Source: Sphingobacteriia bacterium
GTDB taxonomy: Bacteria > Bacteroidota > Bacteroidia > J057 > RFSG01
Length of the DNA: 64,000 nt
Assembly: GCA_009924095.1 (NCBI GenBank)
Contig: RFSG01000002.1
Span: 180 to 64,179, forward strand
Reading direction: 5' to 3'
Shown: one piece after another, positions 57,787 to 64,000 of the stretch
Layout of the letters: each line of letters starts with the position of its first letter
Position numbering within the stretch: the first letter of the stretch is position 1
The notes under the pieces: generated by a model
What the model was told of the DNA's origin: nothing
Databases searched by the model: none
Seen by the model: only the letters and a program-made list of their open reading frames with translations
Position numbers and translations under genes: made by a program

Positions 57787-57860
57787 TACACCTGTAGGGA
57801 TTCGAACCCCAAACCTCCTGATCCGTAGTCAGGTGCTCTATCCAGTTGAGCTACAGGTGC
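57787..57860 (-). tRNA. tRNA-Arg (anticodon ACG)
   Basis: Minus strand reads GCACCTGTAGCTCAACTGGATAGAGCACCTGACTACGGATCAGGAGGTTTGGGGTTCGAATCCCTACAGGTGTA. It folds as a cloverleaf with anticodon loop CTACGGA and a G1-U72 wobble. Confidence 0.9.
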
Positions 57861-57912
57861 AAATATTATTCGGACGGCAAAGATACATATTCACCTCAAC
57901 CGAAGCAAAAAA

Positions 57913-58911
57913 TTATTGTAAAGGAATGGTATGTAATAGTTTTTCAATAAACTGTAACGAGGTAAATCCATCAGCCTCGGCTTCATAATTCAGCAATATC
58001 CTATGATTCAAGATATCAGGCGCAATGGATTTAATATCTTCAGGTAACACATGTCCTCTACCTTTTAGAAAAGCTACACACTTAGCCCCAAGGTTTAAAG
58101 CAATCGTCGCACGGGGAGATACCCCAAAGGCTAAATAGCGTTCTAATTCGGGTAGTTTGTACTTTTCTGGGTTACGGGTAGCAAACACTAAATGCAAGAT
58201 ATAATCTTCCAAAGTTTCACTGAGATGTATTTGATCAATCAACTTTCGAATCGCAAATATTTCTTCTTTGGATAATAAAGCATTTACAGTTTGTTTAGGT
58301 GCCGTAAATGCCATTCGTCGCATGATCTCCTTTTCTTCCGCCAGGGTAGGGTAATTCACAAACACCTTCATCATAAACCGATCTACCTGGGCTTCAGGTA
58401 ATGGATAGGTTCCTTCTTGTTCTAAGGGGTTTTGGGTTGCCAGCACTAAAAACGGTAAATCTAATTTATAGGTAGTTTCTCCAATAGTCACTTGTTTCTC
58501 GGCCATCGCTTCTAACAAGGCACTTTGAACTTTCGCGGGCGAGCGATTGATTTCATCCGCCAATACCAGATTCGAAAAGATCGGACCCTTTTTAACCTCA
58601 AATACATGGGTATGTTGATTATAAATAAGCGTTCCAATTAAATCGGCAGGAAGTAAATCCGGGGTAAACTGGATACGTTTGAAATCTAGTTGAAGCGATC
58701 TGGCGAGGGTGCTAATGGTAAGGGTTTTGGCCAATCCAGGTACACCTTCTAATAATATATGTCCATTAGCAAACAGGCCAATGATTAAGCGGTCAATCAT
58801 TACTTGTTGACCAATCACTACATGACCGATTTCATTTCTTACTTGTTGGATAATTTGACCCTTAGCGAGGATCTCTTTTTCGAGTTCTGAGGATTGTAAA
58901 GATTTGCTCAT
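57913..58911 (-). CDS. MoxR-family AAA+ ATPase
   Basis: 332 aa with Walker A GVPGLAKT and Walker B LLADEINR, plus MoxR-typical length and C-terminus. Confidence 0.9.
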   Translation of the reverse strand: MSKSLQSSELEKEILAKGQIIQQVRNEIGHVVIGQQVMIDRLIIGLFANGHILLEGVPGLAKTLTISTLARSLQLDFKRIQFTPDLLPADLIGTLIYNQHTHVFEVKKGPIFSNLVLADEINRSPAKVQSALLEAMAEKQVTIGETTYKLDLPFLVLATQNPLEQEGTYPLPEAQVDRFMMKVFVNYPTLAEEKEIMRRMAFTAPKQTVNALLSKEEIFAIRKLIDQIHLSETLEDYILHLVFATRNPEKYKLPELERYLAFGVSPRATIALNLGAKCVAFLKGRGHVLPEDIKSIAPDILNHRILLNYEAEADGFTSLQFIEKLLHTIPLQ

Positions 58912-59107
58912 GGATTACCGAATGGGGTAGGGGATAAAATTAGTATAAAAAAGAAAGGCATAAAAAATCATATTTTAAGAGAAATTTCAATATTTATTCT
59001 AAAAATGTATTAATTTTATCCTATTATTTAACCCTGGTTTTGTTGACCTTATTTTTACCCTTTGAACAGATATCAGGCCTGACCAGGCCGTAAAGGCTGG
59101 CATTTAC

Positions 59108-59680
59108 ATGGAAAACAGTAAGCTGTTTATTACCAACTTAAATTTCACCACCCCGCTGCAAAAACTGGTTGACCTTTGTGCTGCAATCGGTAGGGTGAAA
59201 GATTCGTATCGTCCCGAAGGAAAAGGATTTGCCTTTGTGACCATGTCATCAGCAGCTGAAGCCCAAGCTGTGATTGATCAACTTAGTGGTACGGTGTTAG
59301 ACGGCAGGTCGTTACGAATAGAAATATCCGTACCCAAAGACCAACGGCCTCCACGACCTGAAGGGGGAAGTAGTTCTCCTCCTCCTAGAAGACCAAATGA
59401 TGATAGCCGACCTTCCACAGGCAATCGTAGCTTTTCTCCCCCTTCTACCATTAGTCCAGAGGCGATTCCTCCAGTAAGGGAAGTAAGGAAGTTCGACGAC
59501 AAGAAAAAGCCACCTCGTAAAGAAGAAGATTTTAATAAAGGAGCTCCTAAAACTCCCCCCAAAATTGAAAAAGAAAGAGGAGGTGCCAACCGAAAACGTT
59601 GGCTAGATGATTTAGAAGAAGACGAAGGAGATGATATTCCGTTTGTATTTCGGGATGAAGAGGAGGTTGATAAACCCTGA
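59108..59680 (+). CDS. RRM-domain RNA-binding protein with long disordered C-terminal tail
   Basis: RNP2 LFITNL and RNP1 KGFAFVTM lie in the first 75 aa or so. The remaining 115 aa or so are Pro/Arg/Lys/Glu/Asp-rich and include GDDIPF. Confidence 0.85.
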   Translation: MENSKLFITNLNFTTPLQKLVDLCAAIGRVKDSYRPEGKGFAFVTMSSAAEAQAVIDQLSGTVLDGRSLRIEISVPKDQRPPRPEGGSSSPPPRRPNDDSRPSTGNRSFSPPSTISPEAIPPVREVRKFDDKKKPPRKEEDFNKGAPKTPPKIEKERGGANRKRWLDDLEEDEGDDIPFVFRDEEEVDKP

Positions 59681-60077
59681 CCTTCACAGTACAAGAAAAA
59701 TAAATACGTTTTTTTATTAACGGGATTAGAGAATTCTAACTAATACTCGTTTATAATTTCCTCAACCCAAAAGAATAAGGTAAGATATAAGTTAAGGATA
59801 ACATATTATAATGAAGTGGAAAACTCCATCCACTAGGTATCGTAACAGCACCAGTGTTATCTGTATAATAACCTCTTATGAAATCCCAGTATGTATCCTT
59901 TTTGTTTTTTGTACAGGTCTTGTGCCAATAAAAATAAAGGCAAAAAAATAAATATAATTATAAACGGATTTAGCATTATTACTGATTTAAATTAATTAAT
60001 ACCAGTATCTTAAAATATTTAAATATACCCACCTTACAATGATAAGGTATATCAAATATTATTTACCTTCTTTGGGT

Positions 60078-61115
60078 TTATTTTTTAATTACCGGCAAAT
60101 TCTTTTTCCTGGCTAAAATAGAGAAGTTATCTTCTTCAGCTACAATAGTATTTTCCAATCTCCCTAAACCGGATATCTCTAAGGCTATGGTATCTCCCGC
60201 TTGTAACCAAACTGGAGTGTACGTTTCAGGATTAAGTCTTAATCCGGTTCCATTTAATTCTAAAAAACATCCCGTACCTACTGTACCCGAACCAATCACA
60301 TCACCAGGTAATACATCTACTCCATAGGCGCATCGTTCAATTATTTCTGCAAAGGTCCAATCCATATCGCCTGTATTGCCTTCGGAAACTAACTTATCGT
60401 TTACATAAGCTTTCATTTCTAAATTATAATTCAAACCCACATGTCCGGGCTTAGGGGCAATATGATAAGGCTCTAATTCATCTTTGGTCACCAACCAGGG
60501 ACCAATCACTGTACTAAAATCTTTTCCCTTGGCAGGGCCTAAGTTTAGCAGCATCTCCTCCATTTGTAAGGTACGGGCACTCATATCATTCATAATAGTG
60601 TACCCAAAAATATATTGATCAGCTTCTTCTGCCCGAATATTTCTACCCGCTTTGCCAATTACCGCAGCAATTTCTAATTCAAAATCCAATTTCTGAAAAT
60701 GATCGGGCATACAAGCGATAGGACCCGGACCAGTAATCGCATTATGATTCGTAAAATAAAAAATAGGATATTCATCAAACTCCGCAATCATTTCCGCTCC
60801 TCTGTTTTTACGTGCCGCGGCTACATGTTGCCGAAAGGCATATCCATCCCTGCAAGAGGTAGGCTTGGGAACCGGCGCTAATAGGGCAACTTCATTACTA
60901 TCATATCCATATTTTTGAAGCTTCCCTTGTTTAAATTTTTCTTCCAACTTGCGGGCAGTTCCTTCATACAGATCTAATTTTTTCAGGAATTTCTCCATCT
61001 TATCCGGAAACTTTATGCCTTCCTGCTCCGCTGCTGCAGCAAGATCTAAAATCCGCCCTAAATGATATACCCCTAAACGGGTTTTATGGTTTCGGTAAAA
61101 GCTCACTAACTTCAT
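60078..61115 (-). CDS. Fumarylacetoacetate hydrolase (FAH) family protein
   Basis: 345 aa with a FAH-type C-terminal domain (ELEIAAVIGK, GDVIGSGTV). A TATATTTG box (61127..61120) sits 4 nt upstream of the ATG. Confidence 0.82.
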   Translation of the reverse strand: MKLVSFYRNHKTRLGVYHLGRILDLAAAAEQEGIKFPDKMEKFLKKLDLYEGTARKLEEKFKQGKLQKYGYDSNEVALLAPVPKPTSCRDGYAFRQHVAAARKNRGAEMIAEFDEYPIFYFTNHNAITGPGPIACMPDHFQKLDFELEIAAVIGKAGRNIRAEEADQYIFGYTIMNDMSARTLQMEEMLLNLGPAKGKDFSTVIGPWLVTKDELEPYHIAPKPGHVGLNYNLEMKAYVNDKLVSEGNTGDMDWTFAEIIERCAYGVDVLPGDVIGSGTVGTGCFLELNGTGLRLNPETYTPVWLQAGDTIALEISGLGRLENTIVAEEDNFSILARKKNLPVIKK

Positions 61116-61193
61116 AACTCAAATATACATGCATTCTCCGCTAATTTGAGAAATCCGCTTTTGAAAAATTGAAATCAATTCCCTGAAACCCTG

Positions 61194-63104
61194 GTGAACT
61201 TTAAAACATTTATTTATTTCGGGATAGGATTTCTACTACTCAACGCTTGGAGCTATGCTCAGACAGATAGCCTTAGAGTGTTAAAGGGAATGACGGCACG
61301 ACAAAATAATTTTACCATATCTACCCGACAATATCTTCGATACGAACGAAATTTTAATCGAATAAAAATTAATGCCTTTCAACAACAAGAAAATTTATAT
61401 AACCAATCCCTAACCCGATCTAAATGGGTGCAAGCCTCTTGGCAACATCAGCTTTGGTTGCAATATCCCTTATTACCTAAATTTTCTTTAACCCATTGGT
61501 TTGATGCAGATGTATTTCTTACCTCTCATAATCAAAAATGGCAGGGATATATGGGGATTACCTGGAACCCTATTCCTCAAATGGAAATTACTCCGCTTGC
61601 CGGATATAGTATTGATGAACGCAATGGTCGTCAGGATAAGGGATTTAGTCCAGCAATATTTTATAAGTGGAATGCAAATGCAGGAAATAATTGGTTGCCT
61701 GTAATTCAAGGATATTCCCGAAGAAAATATATTACCCCCAGAATTCAGGATAATCACCAGGCATTAATTACCTGGGCTCCGGTGCAATCTCAATCGGTGA
61801 ATTGGTATCTCCAACAGATGATTGCCTATCATGAACTGGATGATTATTCTGGAAATACGATTCAAAGGATATTATCCGATACTTTTAAAACTTCTTCCGG
61901 ATTACAATATTTAATTGTAAAATCTGTAGGCATTGATTTACTTCAGGAGGTTACCTTTCAACGACGACAATTTAAATATAAATCATTAGATTTTAATGCT
62001 CCGAATCAAAATACAGTTATCTTTTCTCAACCTGAAATTAAATCTCAAATATCCGGATATTTACAAACAAATAAATTACAAATTAGAGTAGGATATGCAT
62101 ATGAATTAGTAAGAAGATTTTATAAAATAAATAATAATCAACAATTGCCTGAAATATCATTTGCAGAATTAGTTACCAAGGAAAAAGAAAAAGAATATTA
62201 TGCAGGATTTCAAAAAGTATTTATTTCCTTTTGGTTGAAAGTATTGCCCCGACATAGCTTAGAAGGAGAAACCTCTGCACAATATTTACAATATGATACC
62301 CCAAGTAAAATTAATATTGATGATCGGGATGAATTAACCCGAATTATTAGATTAAATTGGATGTCGAAATGGACACGCAAATTCAGAATGCAATATGAAT
62401 GGACGGGGCAATATAGATATTTCGGATTTTTATCGAATATAAAAAGCCAGGATAATTATGAACAATATCAACTTAAATTAAAATCCTCTGCAGAATGGGA
62501 TTTTGCTCCTCAATGGAGATTAATTTTAGAACAATCAGTAAATAGTCTTTATAACGTTAAAACATTTGAGGATACTCAATTTACAGATCGTTCTACGCGT
62601 AATTTGGAAAGTAAATTAAATCTCACCAAAATATGGTCCCCTGCTTTTCGGTCAGAATTTAAAATCGAAAGAAAAGTGCTGAGAATATCTTGGTTAAATT
62701 GGGATCAGTTTAGTGAATCTCCCCTTGACTCAACTTGGTTTCATACCTTGGAAAGCACCCATGAATGGAGATGGGGTAAAAATAAAGCTTGGACAGGTAA
62801 AATTGGCTATCGTTTTTTTCGACAAGTGCGACATCAATTAGCCATATTAAGCGAGGATTTTTCCGTTATTCAATGGAGGCAAATAAATCAACAAATAGGG
62901 CCCTTAACCGGACTCAGTTTTAGAACCTTAGAAGGGAGTTGGGTATTTATGATGGCTTGGTGGCAAGTGCAACAATTTGATAATAGATACCAACGCATTA
63001 CGGGTAGGGCAACTTTAAATCAACCTAAATCTTTATCCGAAGTGGATAATTCTTCCAGAAGTTTTGTTCCTTATTTTGAAATTGGAATTCGATTCGTTTT
63101 GTAG
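61194..63104 (+). CDS. Putative outer-membrane beta-barrel protein
   Basis: 636 aa with a signal peptide (LLLNAWSYAQ) and alternating amphipathic beta-strand character rich in Y/W/Q/R. The aromatic-rich C-terminus reads FEIGIRFVL. GTG start as given in the track. Confidence 0.5.
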   Translation: MNFKTFIYFGIGFLLLNAWSYAQTDSLRVLKGMTARQNNFTISTRQYLRYERNFNRIKINAFQQQENLYNQSLTRSKWVQASWQHQLWLQYPLLPKFSLTHWFDADVFLTSHNQKWQGYMGITWNPIPQMEITPLAGYSIDERNGRQDKGFSPAIFYKWNANAGNNWLPVIQGYSRRKYITPRIQDNHQALITWAPVQSQSVNWYLQQMIAYHELDDYSGNTIQRILSDTFKTSSGLQYLIVKSVGIDLLQEVTFQRRQFKYKSLDFNAPNQNTVIFSQPEIKSQISGYLQTNKLQIRVGYAYELVRRFYKINNNQQLPEISFAELVTKEKEKEYYAGFQKVFISFWLKVLPRHSLEGETSAQYLQYDTPSKINIDDRDELTRIIRLNWMSKWTRKFRMQYEWTGQYRYFGFLSNIKSQDNYEQYQLKLKSSAEWDFAPQWRLILEQSVNSLYNVKTFEDTQFTDRSTRNLESKLNLTKIWSPAFRSEFKIERKVLRISWLNWDQFSESPLDSTWFHTLESTHEWRWGKNKAWTGKIGYRFFRQVRHQLAILSEDFSVIQWRQINQQIGPLTGLSFRTLEGSWVFMMAWWQVQQFDNRYQRITGRATLNQPKSLSEVDNSSRSFVPYFEIGIRFVL

Positions 63105-63145
63105 GAATTTAATTTCTGCATTTAACTTATGTTTAATATTGTCTG

Positions 63146-63712
63146 ATGTCCTTATCTCCTAAGAAAATTGTAGTTGCTATTACGGGTGCAAGTGGTAGTA
63201 TTTATGCTCAACGTTTATTATTTCACCTAGCACAAAGTCCTGATAAATATCATACCGTAGGGGTGGTGTGCTCCACCAATGCTGGGGATGTATGGAAGTT
63301 TGAATTAGGGGGAGAAATGCATATCCCATTTCCTACGTATAGTAAATCTGATTTTACAGCCCCCTTTGCTTCCGGCTCTGCAGGATTTACAGATATGGTA
63401 ATTGTGCCCTGTTCGATGGGCACCTTAGGCAGAATTGCCACAGGGGTTTCGGATGATTTAATTACCCGCGCAGCAGATGTAATGTTAAAGGAAAGAAGAA
63501 GATTAATTTGTGTAGTTCGGGAAACGCCTTTAAATATAATTCATCTGCGCAACATGACCACTGTAACTGAAGCTGGCGGAATTATTTTACCCGCTGCTCC
63601 TTCCTTTTATTCGGTTCCTAAAGATTTTAATGCACTGGCAGATACCGTAGTTCATAGGGTGCTGGATTTAATAGGAATTCCGGTGAATACTTTTCGATGG
63701 TCTGAGAGTTAG
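63146..63712 (+). CDS. ubiX: Flavin prenyltransferase UbiX
   Basis: 188 aa with KIVVAITGASGSIYAQRLL and the PCSMGTLGRIA motif. Confidence 0.9.
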   Translation: MSLSPKKIVVAITGASGSIYAQRLLFHLAQSPDKYHTVGVVCSTNAGDVWKFELGGEMHIPFPTYSKSDFTAPFASGSAGFTDMVIVPCSMGTLGRIATGVSDDLITRAADVMLKERRRLICVVRETPLNIIHLRNMTTVTEAGGIILPAAPSFYSVPKDFNALADTVVHRVLDLIGIPVNTFRWSES

Positions 63713-63736
63713 TGGTTAGTGGTTAGTAGTTAGTAT
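63709..63736 (+). repeat. TAG heptad array starting at the ubiX stop codon
   Basis: TAG TGGT TAG TGGT TAG TAGT TAG TAT. TAG occurs at offsets 0, +7, +14, +17 and +21, so all three frames are covered. Equivalent to 4 x TTAGTRK heptamers. Confidence 0.6.
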
Positions 63737-63749
63737 AATTATAAAAAAA

Positions 63750-64000
63750 ATGGAAAAATACATTTTAGTAACGGGAGCTACGGGGGGAATTGGAAATGCA
63801 ATTGCAATGAAATTAGCGGATGCAGGATATTCTTTAATTCTAATGGGTAGAAATGAGGAAGCCTTAAATAATTTATTAAATAATTTATCCGGCAAACGTC
63901 ACTTGACATGGGCAGGGGATATTCGCGATAAACCTAAATTATTATCATTTGCAAATGAATTATCTGAAATTAAATTATCAGGAATTATTGCCAATGCTGG
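63750..64000 (+). CDS. Short-chain dehydrogenase/reductase (SDR), partial (continues past window end)
   Basis: Hand translation gives MEKYILVTGATGGIGNAIAMKLADAGYSLILMGRNEEAL...; TGxxxGIG is the classical SDR cofactor motif. Confidence 0.8.
   Translation, partial: MEKYILVTGATGGIGNAIAMKLADAGYSLILMGRNEEALNNLLNNLSGKRHLTWAGDIRDKPKLLSFANELSEIKLSGIIANA

Noticed and set aside
55049-57860. Integrated prophage or ICE at tRNA-Arg
   Set aside because: There are only three genes and no integrase, recombinase or structural genes. There is no direct repeat of the tRNA 3' end. I describe it as a small accessory islet only.
59278-59694. 138-aa minus-strand ORF
   Set aside because: It is the antisense mirror of the low-complexity tail of the RRM gene (Ser/Gly/Leu-rich). 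It has no start context or motif. The plus-strand RRM ORF is clearly the real one.
59700-60077. Roughly 380-bp AT-rich gap containing a 39-codon minus-strand ORF (MLNPFIIIFIFLPLFLLAQDLYKKQKGY...) with a signal-peptide-like start
   Set aside because: It is too short and the sequence too AT-biased to separate from chance. No promoter box or conservation evidence is available from the sequence alone.
63734-63739. TATAAT hexamer after the ubiX heptad array as a sigma70-type -10 box for the SDR gene
   Set aside because: The other promoters in this window follow the Bacteroidota TAnnTTTG pattern rather than TATAAT. The hexamer is only 10 nt from the ATG and may simply be part of the AT-rich spacer.

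Overview
This is an AT-rich bacterial chromosomal segment. It is most consistent with a Bacteroidota genome: recurrent TAnnTTTG -7 promoter boxes, no obvious Shine-Dalgarno sequences, a DUF3822-rsmD-coaD neighbourhood, a TamB/MORN pair, and a Bacteroidota-style aa3 cytochrome oxidase operon. The taxon is inferred only; no marker rRNA is present.

Most of the window is housekeeping:
- serC-serA-DUF1015
- an RSH (p)ppGpp enzyme
- tRNA-Leu, tig-clpP-clpX
- a 12-gene cox/heme A/SCO cluster
- moeB-like, thrS-infC-rpmI-rplT, pyrE
- an orphan nuoC
- coaD, rsmD, an M16 peptidase, moxR, ubiX

Four regions look accessory:
1. 45.6-54.9 kb: a tightly coupled nine-gene minus-strand operon. It joins a polyprenyl-phosphate-type GT2 and a YfhO-like GT-C membrane transferase with amino-acid-type tailoring enzymes (class I aminotransferase, ATP-grasp ligase, RidA, methyltransferase, LbH acetyltransferase, beta-propeller protein, HxD...H oxygenase-like protein). 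This is my best candidate for an undescribed envelope-modification system.
2. 42.5-45.6 kb: next to that operon, a 759-aa orphan cytoplasmic protein plus a small amidohydrolase.
3. 55.0-57.9 kb: a mini defence islet beside tRNA-Arg. It holds an AlbA_2/Schlafen-like ATP-binding protein and an HTH-Panacea antitoxin whose overlapping RelE-like toxin is broken by a 1-nt frameshift.
4. 32.9-35.1 kb: a decayed islet between the rplT terminator and nuoC. It holds an intact MNT-HepT pair, truncated SMEK, AbiEii and IS3-OrfA fragments, a family of GC-rich palindromic repeats, a 119-bp GC-rich element and flanking 19-bp direct repeats.

Two further oddities stand out. TAG-heptad arrays (TAG at +0/+7/+14/+21) sit exactly at the stop codons of nuoC and ubiX. 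An RRM protein carries a long disordered tail with an internal SSB-tip-like DDIPF motif.

I found no rRNA, CRISPR array, intact transposase or integrase. All functional calls rest on my recognition of motifs in the supplied translations; no database search was run.
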